From assembly GCA_030065915.1 (NCBI GenBank), contig JASJCQ010000018.1, forward strand, positions 4,419-68,418: a stretch of 64,000 nt of DNA. The letters run 5' to 3'. The stretch is from Woeseiaceae bacterium. GTDB lineage: Bacteria; Pseudomonadota; Gammaproteobacteria; Steroidobacterales; Woeseiaceae. Under the pieces are notes generated by a model. That model searched no databases, was not told where the DNA came from, and worked only from the letters and a program-made list of their open reading frames with translations. Of this stretch, positions 39,093 through 49,256 are shown in pieces. The translations under genes were made by a program, and so were the position numbers. Position 1 is the stretch's first letter. Each line of letters begins with the position of its first letter.

Positions 39093-39236
39093 GGCTCTAC
39101 TCCAGCAATTAAAGACCGGAGTGAAGTTAGAGCCAGATCCTTGTTTCTTCAGGAATAGTTGGTGAACAAATGGCGAATGGAACCTGAATTCCGGGCGCGG
39201 ACCGCCTCAAAACGGCCGAAACGGTCTGTCATTCGT

Positions 39237-39824
39237 CTAGTTGAGGTCCCCAAGCAGCGATTCACGGATGCTCTCACTGACCGGATTGATCTCGACGAGG
39301 TAGTTCTCATGATCGATACCGGCCGCGAGACTCGCGCCGCCCTTCAATGCGTCGATCTCAACTGCTGGCAGCTCGAAGCGCATGAAGTGCACCGCCGACG
39401 TCTTCGTCTCATCCGAGCGCTCGAGGTCCTCGTCGGCAATCGCGTAGATGCGCTCGAATCCGTCGACCTGCATGTAGACATTGTCTTCGACGCCCACGAG
39501 GCTTCCTAGCATCTGGCGGCGTTCCTCAATGTCCGGGAACTCCACCATGAAGGTCGCCTTCCAGTTGGTGCCATCGGGAATCAACGGGTTGTAGGCATCC
39601 AGTTCTTCCATGATGCCCTCGGCCTCGAAGATCTTCTCGATGCGCAGCATCTCCTGCACCTGGTACTGCATGGTCAGCCGATCTTCGAAGTACAGCGCCG
39701 CATTGGTGCCGAGCGCGATGCGCCGATGCCGCTTGTGGTCCAGTACCTGCTGCCGGAACTCGTCCCGGATTTCGGCGTACTTCTCGAGCGAAAACAGATC
39801 TTCTCGACTGAGTTTTTGCATCAT
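39237..39824 (-). CDS. DUF3501 family protein
   Basis: Start taken at MMQKLSREDLFSLEKYAEIR, 2 nt after the stop of the upstream Fe-S gene. The length and sequence pattern are as I recall for DUF3501, which typically follows this Fe-S protein. Confidence 0.65.
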   Translation of the reverse strand: MMQKLSREDLFSLEKYAEIRDEFRQQVLDHKRHRRIALGTNAALYFEDRLTMQYQVQEMLRIEKIFEAEGIMEELDAYNPLIPDGTNWKATFMVEFPDIEERRQMLGSLVGVEDNVYMQVDGFERIYAIADEDLERSDETKTSAVHFMRFELPAVEIDALKGGASLAAGIDHENYLVEINPVSESIRESLLGDLN

Positions 39825-39826
39825 GT

Positions 39827-41167
39827 TCAGATTCCGTAGGCTTTTCTCAGAAGGCTCATCGGGTGCCCGGCGTCGACATCGAGATCCTGCGTGATCTGCT
39901 CCGATGCCATCGGGCAATCGCTGATGACGTGATCAGGCGTCGCCTTCTTTATCTTGTTGACGATTGGACGCGCAATTTTCTTCGACACGTCGTGGAATTC
40001 CTTTTTCACGGCATAGGTGCCGTCATGCCCTGAGCAACGCTCGATCGCCTCAACCGTCGTATCGGGGACCAGTTGCAGCGCCTCGCGAGTCTTGAGCCCG
40101 ATGTTCTGGACGCGCAGGTGGCACGGCACCTGGTAGGTGATCGAGCCCAGCGACTGCTTGAACTCCGTTTTCAGGCGCTGCTCCCTGTGCCGTAGCATCA
40201 GGTACTCGAACGGATCGAACATCGCGTCACGCACCTTCAGGACGTCTGGATCGTCCGGGAACATCAGCGGCAACTCCTGCTTGTACATTAACGTGCAGGA
40301 AGGGATCGGCGTCACGATATCCCAGCCCTTGTCGACCCAGGCCGCGAGAACCGGGATATTGATCTCCTTCGCCTTCTGCACGGACTCGAGGTCGCCGAGT
40401 TCGAGCTTTGGCATGCCACAGCAGGCTTCCTTCTCGGCGATCGTGACGGGTATGTCGTTGTGTTCGAAAACGGCGACTAGGTCTTCGTCCATTTCCGGGC
40501 GGTTGCGATTGCCGTAGCAGGTCGCGTAGAGCACGACGCGGCCACGCGTCGCCTCGGTGGCGACGGCAGTATCCCCTGAAACACCGTGCAGGCGTTTCAG
40601 TCGCTTGCGCGCCGGCCGCGAGTGGTAGTCGGGAACCGGCGCGTGCTCGTGCACGCCCAGCGTCTTTTGCAACAGCTTGCGCCCTGACGAGCTGTTGTTC
40701 ACCGCGTTTACGACGCCTGCGACGATCGGGATACCGGCGAACTTACCGACCGTGTCGGTTGAACTCAGGATCTTGTCGCGAGTCGACGCACCTTCCCGTT
40801 TGAAGCGTGCCGCCTTCGCGCGAAGCATCAGGTGGGGAAAGTCGACGTTCCACTCGTGCGGTGGCACGTAGGGACACTTCGTCATGTAACACATGTCGCA
40901 CAGGTAGCAGTGATCGACGACGTCCCAGTAGGCGGTCTTCGGAACGGTGTCCAGCTCCATGCTTTCCGATTCGTCGATCGCATCGAACAGCGTCGGGAAC
41001 GAGTTACACAGGTTGAAGCATCGGCGACAACCGTGGCAGATGTCGTAGACGCGCTCGAGCTCCTCGAACAACGGCTCTTCGGCGTAGAAGGCGTCCGACT
41101 TCCAGTCGAGCGGATGCCGCGTCGGCGCCTCCAGGCTACCTTCGCGCTTATCGGATGGAGGGCTCAT
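39827..41167 (-). CDS. (Fe-S)-binding protein, HdrD/GlpC/GlcF-like with CCG domains
   Basis: 446 aa. Has two ferredoxin-type clusters, [11 protein letters not shown] and [13 protein letters not shown], and Cys-rich CCG-type segments (EACCGMP, CSGHDG). Confidence 0.8.
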   Translation of the reverse strand: MSPPSDKREGSLEAPTRHPLDWKSDAFYAEEPLFEELERVYDICHGCRRCFNLCNSFPTLFDAIDESESMELDTVPKTAYWDVVDHCYLCDMCYMTKCPYVPPHEWNVDFPHLMLRAKAARFKREGASTRDKILSSTDTVGKFAGIPIVAGVVNAVNNSSSGRKLLQKTLGVHEHAPVPDYHSRPARKRLKRLHGVSGDTAVATEATRGRVVLYATCYGNRNRPEMDEDLVAVFEHNDIPVTIAEKEACCGMPKLELGDLESVQKAKEINIPVLAAWVDKGWDIVTPIPSCTLMYKQELPLMFPDDPDVLKVRDAMFDPFEYLMLRHREQRLKTEFKQSLGSITYQVPCHLRVQNIGLKTREALQLVPDTTVEAIERCSGHDGTYAVKKEFHDVSKKIARPIVNKIKKATPDHVISDCPMASEQITQDLDVDAGHPMSLLRKAYGI

Positions 41168-41214
41168 GACGGCAGACCAACACCGGGGCCGAAGGCCCCG
41201 GTTCTGATGTCAGT

Positions 41215-41634
41215 TCAGTCGTCGAGCGTGTCGAGTGCTTTCTGGAAGCGGTTCGCATGTGAGCGCTCTGCTTTCGCCAGCGTCTCGAACCAGTCGGCGA
41301 TCTCGTCGAAATCCTCATCCCTGGCCGTTTTCGCCATGCCGGGATACATATCGGTGTACTCGTGGGTCTCGCCGGCAATCGCTGCGGCCAGGTTTTCAGA
41401 GGTGGAACCGATCGGCATACCGGTCGCCGGATCGCCAACCTCTTCCAGGTACTCCAGGTGGCCGTGTGCGTGGCCGGTCTCGCCTTCTGCCGTCGAGCGG
41501 AACACCGCCGCAACGTCGTTGTAGCCTTCGACGTCGGCTTTAGCTGCGAAGTACAGGTAACGTCGGTTCGCCTGGGATTCGCCGGCGAATGCTTCTTTGA
41601 GGTTGCCTTCAGTTTTGCTGCCTTTCAACGACAT
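41215..41634 (-). CDS. rubrerythrin-family di-iron protein (no rubredoxin domain)
   Basis: 139 aa. Has [28 protein letters not shown], and a second half [13 protein letters not shown]...[11 protein letters not shown]. Confidence 0.85.
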   Translation of the reverse strand: MSLKGSKTEGNLKEAFAGESQANRRYLYFAAKADVEGYNDVAAVFRSTAEGETGHAHGHLEYLEEVGDPATGMPIGSTSENLAAAIAGETHEYTDMYPGMAKTARDEDFDEIADWFETLAKAERSHANRFQKALDTLDD

Positions 41635-41871
41635 GTTTTTCCCCTCTTATTTGCGATTGATTGTCATTTAGACTCTGTCTAAGAACGACGAAGACTGTAC
41701 TGCTGCGTCATCCCGCCTGTCAATCAGTAGTCGCCCCGGGACGATGCCGGGAAGCGTGGTACTCCGCCGCTGCCTGAACGCGGCTACCTGCGATTCCCGG
41801 AACGGATAGAGTTTGACCGCCGGCGTCACTAGCGCTACTTTGCGCCGCAGTCCCTTCTCCAGGATGCCCTG

Positions 41872-42096
41872 ATGAGCAACACGCTTGAAAAAACCTTGAA
41901 TGATCTCGAAAAACTGGTCGAAGAGCTCGAGTCCGGCGACCTGCCGCTCGAAGACGCGATGAAAAAGTTCGAGGAGGGCATCAAGCTGACGCGCGGTGCG
42001 CAGGCCGCACTAAAGGATGCCGAACAGAAAGTCGAGGTGCTGCTAAAAAGTGCGGGCGGCGAAGACGTTCTCGAAGATTTCGAACCGTACGACTAG
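41872..42096 (+). CDS. xseB: exodeoxyribonuclease VII small subunit
   Basis: 74 aa. LEKTLNDLEKLVEELESGDLPLEDAMKKFEEGIKL is typical of XseB. Confidence 0.9.
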   Translation: MSNTLEKTLNDLEKLVEELESGDLPLEDAMKKFEEGIKLTRGAQAALKDAEQKVEVLLKSAGGEDVLEDFEPYD

Positions 42097-42133
42097 TGAC
42101 CCGAAGGGCGCTGCACCGGTTCGATAGCGCAAA

Positions 42134-43441
42134 TCAGGTATTGCCACCCTCGCCGCTGTTCTGCAACCGGGTAATCAGAGCTCGCAGGAAGCGCTTGTTG
42201 AACCTGAGCTGGCAGCTGGACGACACCTGCTCCATCAACGTCGAGCTGACACGAAGGATTGTGACTGCGCCGTCCGCGGCGATTGATGCCTGGCGCTTGG
42301 CGCCACGCACGTAGCTGGTCTCGCCAAAGCAATCGCCATCGGCCAGGGCACCCACTTCGCGGCCCGTCGCCATTACCTTAACGTTTCCAGACACGATGAT
42401 ATAGAAACGGTCGTCCGAGTCGCCTTCGCGAACGATGTCCTCACCGTCGCGGTACTCGTGCCAGTCAGACGCGCGCAGGACTTCCCAGATCTCCGCGTGA
42501 GAGAACTCGTGGAAGAATGTCAATGAGCGCAGCAAGTCGAAGTGTTCCTGGTTGTCGAGGCTGTCGTACTTCTGGCGCAGGTCCTTGTAAACCCGGGTCA
42601 GTTCGGCCGCCAGCGTCGCGCCACTCGACGGGCGCGTGTCCGGGTTTTTCTGCATCGTCATCGCGACGACGTACTCCAGCTCTTCCGGCAGGTCGTCCCG
42701 ATACGTGTGAATGGGCGGAGGGGTCGCATAGACAATCTGATGCAGGAGCTTGGACAGGTTGTCGGCACGGAACGGCCGGAATCCCGTTAGCAACTCGTAC
42801 ATGACCGCGCCGAGGGAATACAGGTCAGACTTTGGGGTCAGTTCTTCGGACTGAACCTGCTCCGGGCTCATGTAGCTCGGCGATCCGGCGATGCCCTCGA
42901 TGCGAGAGACCTCCGAATCACTGACGATCGCGATGCCAAAGTCGATGATGCGGACGTCGTTGTCGATCGTCAGCATGACGTTACTGGGTTTGATATCGCG
43001 GTGGATAACACCCCGCCCGTGAGCGTAGTGCAGCGCTTTTGCGCACTTGTAGATCAGTTCGACAACGTCGTCGACGCGAAGCAGGTTATCCGGTCGGCAA
43101 TAGGCCGCCAGCGTACGGGCGCCCTGGATGTGCTCGGTGACGACGTAGTACTTGCCGTCTTCTTCGCCGGCATCGTAGATCGGCATGATGTTCGGATGCT
43201 GCAGCATGCCGACCATGTGCGCTTCGTTGTAGAACATCTTGCGTGAGACGCTGGCGCGCTGAGGGTCCGATGCCTCCTCGAGGTTGTAAACCTTGATCGC
43301 GACGTCGCGGCGGTAGTACGGATCGTGTGACAGGAACACATCGCCGGTACTGCCCTTGCCTATCTTGTTGATGATGACGTACTTGCCGATCTTATCCGGC
43401 ATGTCAGAGCGATTTTTAATTTCGCTTACGGGGCTGGCCAT
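42134..43441 (-). CDS. Hanks-type Ser/Thr protein kinase fused to a C-terminal cyclic-nucleotide-binding domain
   Basis: 435 aa. Kinase motifs are GKGSTGDV, VAIKVY, HRDIKPSNVML, DFGIA and SPSYMSPEQ. The C-terminal cNMP motif reads DCFGETSYVRGAKRQASIAA. Confidence 0.82.
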   Translation of the reverse strand: MASPVSEIKNRSDMPDKIGKYVIINKIGKGSTGDVFLSHDPYYRRDVAIKVYNLEEASDPQRASVSRKMFYNEAHMVGMLQHPNIMPIYDAGEEDGKYYVVTEHIQGARTLAAYCRPDNLLRVDDVVELIYKCAKALHYAHGRGVIHRDIKPSNVMLTIDNDVRIIDFGIAIVSDSEVSRIEGIAGSPSYMSPEQVQSEELTPKSDLYSLGAVMYELLTGFRPFRADNLSKLLHQIVYATPPPIHTYRDDLPEELEYVVAMTMQKNPDTRPSSGATLAAELTRVYKDLRQKYDSLDNQEHFDLLRSLTFFHEFSHAEIWEVLRASDWHEYRDGEDIVREGDSDDRFYIIVSGNVKVMATGREVGALADGDCFGETSYVRGAKRQASIAADGAVTILRVSSTLMEQVSSSCQLRFNKRFLRALITRLQNSGEGGNT

Positions 43442-43454
43442 GTGGTCTCACGAT

Positions 43455-43943
43455 TCAGTTCATAAGCCACCCGTAAATGCCTATTAAAATCAGGGCGTAC
43501 AGGGCAGCGACTAGGTCGTCCAGCATAATTCCCAGCCCCCCTTCGATTCTGTGATCGAGGTCTCGAATCGGCCACGGTTTGACAATGTCGAAGAACCTGA
43601 AAGCCACGAATGCCAAGGCCCAGCCAGTGATTGTCAGGGGCGCAAAGACCAGTACGATGTACATCGCGGCGATCTCATCCCAGACGATGCCGCCGTGATC
43701 GTGAACCCCGATGCGGCGGGCACTTTCGCCGCACAGCCAGATGCCTGAAAGTACGAGGCCAATGGCGACACCCGCCTGCCACGCGAGACCCAGATCCCGG
43801 GTCAGCCATGCGATGGGAAAAGCAAGCAGCGTGCCCACCGTACCGGGCGCTTTGGGAGAAAGCCCGGTACCGAAACCAAATGCGAGAAAATTGACCGGAT
43901 CGGACAGTACTTTCGACGCGAGTTGCCTTACCGAGTCACTCAT
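43455..43943 (-). CDS. pgpA: phosphatidylglycerophosphatase A
   Basis: 162 aa membrane protein. Has the motif DIVKPWPIR. Lies in thiL-pgpA order. Confidence 0.9.
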   Translation of the reverse strand: MSDSVRQLASKVLSDPVNFLAFGFGTGLSPKAPGTVGTLLAFPIAWLTRDLGLAWQAGVAIGLVLSGIWLCGESARRIGVHDHGGIVWDEIAAMYIVLVFAPLTITGWALAFVAFRFFDIVKPWPIRDLDHRIEGGLGIMLDDLVAALYALILIGIYGWLMN

Positions 43944-44866
43944 TGGAAGTGCAGGTAGCCGCTATCTTCGTAGGCAAAAGGCTCGCCGTCCTGTGTACAC
44001 CCGATGCCGCTGCCAGTGACGATCTCGCCGATTCGCGTGACGGTTACGTCCTGATTCTCGGGCGGAGGCCCATCGGCCACGAACAGCAATTCGTAGTCGT
44101 CGCCGCCAGACAGGGCGAAGTCGACGGCCTCCTCGCGACCGCAACGCGCCAGCAACGCGTCCGACAACGGCAGCTGATCGATCGCAAGCGTCGCGCCGAC
44201 ACCGCTGCTCTCAACAAGCTTGCCGAGATCGGCGAACAAGCCATCCGATGTATCAATCGCCGCGTGCGCAACACCGCGCAACTGCCTGCCGTAGGCAACG
44301 CGTGACACCGGCCGCGCGAAGGCATCGTAGAGCTCGCTGCCGGCGTCGCCCTGCATACGGGCATCGAGTCCCGCCGCTGCGTCACCCGGATGGCCGGTCG
44401 TGTAGATCGCATCACCGGGCCGCGCTCCGCTGCGCAGCAGCGCCTGGCCCTCGGGGACCTCGCCCAGCATTTGAAGGCTCACAACGGTCACGCGCGCCCG
44501 CGTCGTGTCACCGCCTATCAGTGCGACGCCGTCAGACTCTGCGCACTCGCGCATGCCCTGCGAGAATCGGCGCAGCCAGCCCGGATCCGCTTCCGGTATG
44601 GCGAGGCTCAGCGTCATCCAGCGCGGCGTCGCGCCCATCGCGGCCATGTCGGAGAGGTTGACGGCAACCAGCCGGTAGCCGAGGTCACCAGGGTCAATCG
44701 AGGACAGGAAATGCACGCCTTCGACCATGGCGTCGACCGCAGCCACGGTCTCACAGCCCGGGGACGGCCTCAGCACGGCGCCATCGTCGCCGATGCCGGC
44801 GACGAGATCCTCGGACTGTGGCCAGTGACCGACGAAAAACTTCTGAATGAGGCCGAATTCGTCCAT
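43940..44866 (-). CDS. thiL: thiamine-monophosphate kinase
   Basis: Start taken at MDEFGLIQKFF (ATG 44866, downstream of the nusB stop). Has the AIR-synthase-like fold motif GIGDDGAV. Confidence 0.9.
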   Translation of the reverse strand: MDEFGLIQKFFVGHWPQSEDLVAGIGDDGAVLRPSPGCETVAAVDAMVEGVHFLSSIDPGDLGYRLVAVNLSDMAAMGATPRWMTLSLAIPEADPGWLRRFSQGMRECAESDGVALIGGDTTRARVTVVSLQMLGEVPEGQALLRSGARPGDAIYTTGHPGDAAAGLDARMQGDAGSELYDAFARPVSRVAYGRQLRGVAHAAIDTSDGLFADLGKLVESSGVGATLAIDQLPLSDALLARCGREEAVDFALSGGDDYELLFVADGPPPENQDVTVTRIGEIVTGSGIGCTQDGEPFAYEDSGYLHFQ

Positions 44867-44882
44867 CAGGTTCTCTGAGCGT

Positions 44883-45326
44883 TTACAGACCGCCTTCGAT
44901 TTCGATCTTGCGAAGTTCCTGTGCCGCCTTGTCGAGGCAGGCGTTGATGTACTTGTGGCCATCCAACGCGCCGAAACGCTTCGCGAGATTCACGCCCTCA
45001 TTGATTACGACTCGGTACGGAATCTCTATGCGAGAGGACAGCTCATAGGTACCGATCAAGAGTACTCCATATTCGACCGGGTCGAGGTGATCGCGCGGCC
45101 GGTCAATACACCGATCGATTATATCGGCAAGCTCGTCTTCGCCTTTGACGATTGCACAGAGCGTCTCGTCAAAGAACGCCTGGTCGACGCGATCGTAGGC
45201 GACCTGTTCGTGGAACTGCCGCTTGAGTTCATTGAGGTCATGGTCGGCGATCTGCTTCTGGTAAAGCGCCTGCAGCGCCAGCTCGCGCGCGCGGGTGCGG
45301 GCGCCGGTGGAAGTCTTCGCCGTCAT
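44883..45326 (-). CDS. nusB: transcription antitermination factor NusB
   Basis: 147 aa. Has RARELALQALYQ. Lies in ribH-nusB order. Confidence 0.93.
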   Translation of the reverse strand: MTAKTSTGARTRARELALQALYQKQIADHDLNELKRQFHEQVAYDRVDQAFFDETLCAIVKGEDELADIIDRCIDRPRDHLDPVEYGVLLIGTYELSSRIEIPYRVVINEGVNLAKRFGALDGHKYINACLDKAAQELRKIEIEGGL

Positions 45327-45330
45327 GAAA

Positions 45331-45807
45331 TTAGTCGATTCGACGCAACAGGTTGACCATCTCGATCACGGCCAACGTCGCCTCTTCGCCCTTGTTACCG
45401 GCCTTGGTACCGGCGCGTTCGATCGCCTGCTCGATCGTATCGACTGTGAGGATGCCGAAGCCAACCGGGACACCATGGTGTTGCGACGCAGCGGACAAAC
45501 CCTTGACGCATTCGCCTGCAACGTAGCCGAAGTGGGGCGTGCCACCGCGGATAACCGCTCCCAGCGCAACGATGCCGTCGAATCGGCGCGACTGTGCAAT
45601 CTTGCTGACTGCCAGCGGCATCTCGTAAGCACCGGGGACGCGAATCAGTTCCAGGTCAGTCTCACTGGCACCGTGCTGCTTCAGGCAGTGCAGCGATCCC
45701 TTGATCAGGGACTCGACGATGAAGTCGTTGAAACGCGCTGCCACGATCGCGATGCGCATGTCACGCGCATTGAGGTCTGCCTCAGTCGTTCGGATGTGGT
45801 CCATCAA
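45331..45807 (-). CDS. ribH: 6,7-dimethyl-8-ribityllumazine synthase
   Basis: 158 aa. Has [10 protein letters not shown] and VPGAYEMP. Confidence 0.94.
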   Translation of the reverse strand: MMDHIRTTEADLNARDMRIAIVAARFNDFIVESLIKGSLHCLKQHGASETDLELIRVPGAYEMPLAVSKIAQSRRFDGIVALGAVIRGGTPHFGYVAGECVKGLSAASQHHGVPVGFGILTVDTIEQAIERAGTKAGNKGEEATLAVIEMVNLLRRID

Positions 45808-45857
45808 TCAGCCGCCGGTCTTGTCGTTATCGTTGTTTGCTGCCTGGTCGCAGGATG

Positions 45858-47003
45858 CTAGCCGTCGACGTACTCGGTAATTTCGAGATCGAAACCGGAT
45901 ATCGCATACATCTGCTTAGGTGCGGATAATACACGGATTTTGGAGACGCCGAGGTCGCGGAGAATCTGCGCGCCAACACCGTAAGTCTTCAGTACCGTGT
46001 TGCTGTCGCGGCGAGCACGGACCTCGTCGCGGCTCGTCTCGAGGTGCTTGACCGCATCGACGAAGTCTCGCGAGTTCTCCTGGTCTCGCAGCATCACGAT
46101 GATGCCAGCCTCTTCTTCGGCGATCCTCTCGATCGCCGACTGCAGCGGCCAGCCGAGACTCTCGCTCTGCACGCCGATGACGTCCCCGAGCGTATCGGCA
46201 ACGTGCACACGCACCAGCGGCTGGCTGACCTTCGACAGATCGCCCTTGACCAGGACAACATGCACGGTGCGATTGATCCGGTCGTCGTAACACACCATCC
46301 GGAACTCGCCGAATCGGGTTTCGACCTGGCGCTCGTCGATTCTCTCGACGTTGCGTTCCTTCTCGAGACGGTATCGGATCAGGTCGGCAATTGTGCCGAT
46401 GCGGATGCCGTGCTCGCGTGCAAACCGCTCGAGGTCCGGCCGGCGCGCCATGCTGCCGTCTTCATTCAGAATCTCGACGATAACAGCGGCGGGTTCCATG
46501 TCGGCCAGCCTTGCGAGATCGCAACCGGCCTCCGTGTGTCCCGCGCGGGTCAGTACGCCACCCGGTTGCGCCATCACCGGGAAGATATGCCCGGGCTGAC
46601 GAATGTCTTCAGGCTTCGCGTTAGGCGCGACAGCGGCCAGCACGGTCCTCGCCCGGTCATGCGCTGAGATGCCGGTGGTTATGCCCTCCGCCGCTTCGAT
46701 CGACAGCGTGAAGTTCGTCGCGTGATGCTGGTCCGTGTCATTGACCATCAATGGCAGCCTGAGCTGCGCGCAGCGCTCGCGCGACAGGGTCAGGCAGATC
46801 AGACCGCGACCGTGTGTCGCCATATAGTTGATGTCTTCGGGACGAACTGCTTCGGCGGCCATCAGCAGGTCGCCTTCATTCTCCCGGTTCTCGTCATCGA
46901 CCATGATGACCATCTTGCCCGCGCGAATATCGCTGATGATGTCTTCGATATCGCTGAACATCATCTCCGCGGACGCCGGGTGTATTGTCGTATTCTCAGG
47001 CAT
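45858..47003 (-). CDS. ribBA: bifunctional 3,4-dihydroxy-2-butanone-4-phosphate synthase / GTP cyclohydrolase II-like
   Basis: 381 aa. The N-terminal DHBPS motif reads DDENRENEGDL. The C-terminal half is GCH-II-like. Confidence 0.9.
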   Translation of the reverse strand: MPENTTIHPASAEMMFSDIEDIISDIRAGKMVIMVDDENRENEGDLLMAAEAVRPEDINYMATHGRGLICLTLSRERCAQLRLPLMVNDTDQHHATNFTLSIEAAEGITTGISAHDRARTVLAAVAPNAKPEDIRQPGHIFPVMAQPGGVLTRAGHTEAGCDLARLADMEPAAVIVEILNEDGSMARRPDLERFAREHGIRIGTIADLIRYRLEKERNVERIDERQVETRFGEFRMVCYDDRINRTVHVVLVKGDLSKVSQPLVRVHVADTLGDVIGVQSESLGWPLQSAIERIAEEEAGIIVMLRDQENSRDFVDAVKHLETSRDEVRARRDSNTVLKTYGVGAQILRDLGVSKIRVLSAPKQMYAISGFDLEITEYVDG

Positions 47004-47634
47004 AACCGTGCTCTTTCAGTGTATCGATCGACAGCCCGTCCTCGTCCTTGCCCAGCAGGCGTTCCAGGTAGCGGGCCAGCAGGTCGACCTCGATGTTAAC
47101 GATCGTGCCGACGTCGTAGCTGTCGATTATGGTTTCTTTCGCCGTGTGAGGAATGATATTGATGTCGAATGTCGTACCCGATACCGAGTTAATGGTAAGG
47201 CTGACGCCATCGACGCAGACCGAGCCCTTCTTGGCGACATAACGTGCATACTCGGCCGGCAGTTCGATCGTGAACCGGATCGACCTGGCGTCGTTGCCGC
47301 GTGACTTGACGACGCCGACGCAGTCGACGTGCCCGCTGACGAGATGCCCGCCGAGCCTGTCGCTCATTGCCAGGGCGGGCTCGAGATTGACCTCCGACCC
47401 CTGCGTGAGCGTCTTGAGCGCGGTGACGTCCAGTGTCTCCGTGCTGACGTCCATATCGAAGCCGTCGTCGTACAGCTCGACTGCGGTCAGGCAGACACCG
47501 TTGACAGCGATGCTCTCGCCGATCGTGTACGTCGACCACGGCAGGCGATTCGACGTGACGCGCAGGCGAACGTCCCCGCCGACACGCTGCATCGACTGAA
47601 TCCTGCCCTTGTCCCTGATGATGCCTGTAAACAT
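46996..47634 (-). CDS. ribE: riboflavin synthase (alpha chain)
   Basis: 212 aa. Starts MFTGII and has a duplicated barrel (GESIAVNGVCLT / GSVCVDGVSLT). Confidence 0.94.
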   Translation of the reverse strand: MFTGIIRDKGRIQSMQRVGGDVRLRVTSNRLPWSTYTIGESIAVNGVCLTAVELYDDGFDMDVSTETLDVTALKTLTQGSEVNLEPALAMSDRLGGHLVSGHVDCVGVVKSRGNDARSIRFTIELPAEYARYVAKKGSVCVDGVSLTINSVSGTTFDINIIPHTAKETIIDSYDVGTIVNIEVDLLARYLERLLGKDEDGLSIDTLKEHGYA

Positions 47635-48719
47635 TAGTTGAGTGCCCTTGCCGTGATTCGCTGGTCACGTCCGACGACGCGCGTATCGACGACGTCGAGT
47701 TCCAGCCGATCCGCCAGCGCGGTCCACGACGGTGTGCGCGCGGCTCGCGTCGTGCTGCTACCCATAATATGGGGCGACTGGTAAATCACAAGCTCGTCGA
47801 AGAGCCGCTCGCGGAGCAGGTGCCCGGCCAGTGTCGGGCCAGCCTCGACCAACAGGTCGTTGACGCCGAGCGCCGCCAGCTCACCGAGCACGGCGGGTAT
47901 GTCAACGCCGTCGGCATGCCCCGGTACACGCAGTCGTCGCGCCCCCTCCGGCGCGTTGACGGTCGACGCTGTCGCGACCAGCGTGTCTCCCGGCAGCTTA
48001 AGCATGCGAGCATCGGCGGGCATCCGCATCGATGAATCGAGCACGACCCTGAGTGGCTGGTTTAGGACCGGGAATCGCTCATCGCGGACGTTCAGGGACG
48101 GATCGTCAGCGAGTACCGTGGCGATGCCCGTCATGATGGCGCCAGACTCGGCCCTGAGGCGCTGTACATCGGCGCGCGCCTCCGGACCCGTGATCCACTG
48201 ACTCTCTCCGCTCTGCATGGCTACCGCGCCGTCGAGACTCATCGCGAGCTTGAGTCTGACAAACGGGCGATGGCGCGTCACGCGTGAGATGAATCCATGA
48301 TTCAGTTCTCTTGCCTGCGATTCGAGTAGTCCGCTGCGTACCACGATGCCGGCCGCCTGCAGGCGACGAATACCGTCACCGTCCACGTCGTCCGACGGGT
48401 CGGTCATCGCGACGATAACCTCGCCGACACCGGCCTCGATCAGGGCATCGGCGCAGGGTGGCGTCCGACCGTGGTGAGAACAGGGTTCCAGCGTGACAAA
48501 CACTGTCGCGCCGGCGGCGGCTTTGCCGGCCGGTTTGAGCGCGTTGACCTCGGCGTGAGCATCACCGGTTCTTTCGTGCCAGCCTTCCCCGACGATGTCG
48601 CCGCCTGACACGATGACACAGCCGACCATCGGATTCGGGCGCGCAGAATAACGGCCCCGCGCAGCTAACGTTAGTGCGCGCGACATCGTCGCGGTTTCGA
48701 AAGCTGAGAACCCGGCCAT
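47634..48719 (-). CDS. ribD: bifunctional diaminohydroxyphosphoribosylaminopyrimidine deaminase / 5-amino-6-(5-phosphoribosylamino)uracil reductase
   Basis: 361 aa. The deaminase zinc motifs are HAEVNAL and PCSHHGRTPPC. Confidence 0.94.
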   Translation of the reverse strand: MAGFSAFETATMSRALTLAARGRYSARPNPMVGCVIVSGGDIVGEGWHERTGDAHAEVNALKPAGKAAAGATVFVTLEPCSHHGRTPPCADALIEAGVGEVIVAMTDPSDDVDGDGIRRLQAAGIVVRSGLLESQARELNHGFISRVTRHRPFVRLKLAMSLDGAVAMQSGESQWITGPEARADVQRLRAESGAIMTGIATVLADDPSLNVRDERFPVLNQPLRVVLDSSMRMPADARMLKLPGDTLVATASTVNAPEGARRLRVPGHADGVDIPAVLGELAALGVNDLLVEAGPTLAGHLLRERLFDELVIYQSPHIMGSSTTRAARTPSWTALADRLELDVVDTRVVGRDQRITARALN

Positions 48720-48723
48720 CTCG

Positions 48724-49245
48724 TCAGGACTTGTTCTTGTCCAGAAGATCCGGCAGCAGCGACATCTGTTCCCGGGCCGCGGCGGCGTCCGAGATCTTCT
48801 GCAGGCGCCGAATCTCGTCCTCGAACTCGGTGACGTCCTGGAAGCTCCGGTACACGGACGCGAACCGGACGTAGGCGACCTCGTCGAGCGCGCGAAGCTC
48901 TTCCATGACGAATTCGCCGACGAGCCGTGAGGCGACCTCGCGTTCGCCCAGCGTTCGCAGCCGGTGGATCAACCTGCCGATCGCCTGCTCGAGCTTGTCG
49001 CTGGCGACAGGGCGCTTTTCGAGCGCCCTCACCATGCTGTTACGCAGTTTGGCCTCGTCGAAAGGCTGTCGCGTGTTGTCGTTCTTGACCAGCCGCGGCA
49101 TGACGAGTTCGGCTGACTCGAAGGTGGTGAATCGCTCGTTGCAGTTCAGGCACTGACGGCGCCTGCGGATCTGTCGGCCCTCGCCAGCCAGGCGAGAGTC
49201 GATGACCTTGGTTTCTTCATGGCTGCAAAACGGGCAATGCATCAA
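48724..49245 (-). CDS. nrdR: transcriptional repressor NrdR
   Basis: 173 aa. Has the zinc ribbon MHCPFC...CLNC and an ATP-cone domain. Confidence 0.95.
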   Translation of the reverse strand: MMHCPFCSHEETKVIDSRLAGEGRQIRRRRQCLNCNERFTTFESAELVMPRLVKNDNTRQPFDEAKLRNSMVRALEKRPVASDKLEQAIGRLIHRLRTLGEREVASRLVGEFVMEELRALDEVAYVRFASVYRSFQDVTEFEDEIRRLQKISDAAAAREQMSLLPDLLDKNKS

Positions 49246-49256
49246 TCACCTTGGTA

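Noticed and set aside
41653-41671. Fur/PerR-like box (GCGATTGATTGTCATTTAG) upstream of the rubrerythrin gene
   Set aside because: It matches the 19-bp Fur consensus at only 11 of 19 positions and has no clear dyad. I noted it but it is too weak to call.
45808-49256. FMN (RFN) riboswitch in the rib cluster
   Set aside because: The intergenic gaps are 50 nt or less (45808-45857) or 11 nt or less (49246-49256). That is too short for the ~150-nt element, so any RFN must lie elsewhere.
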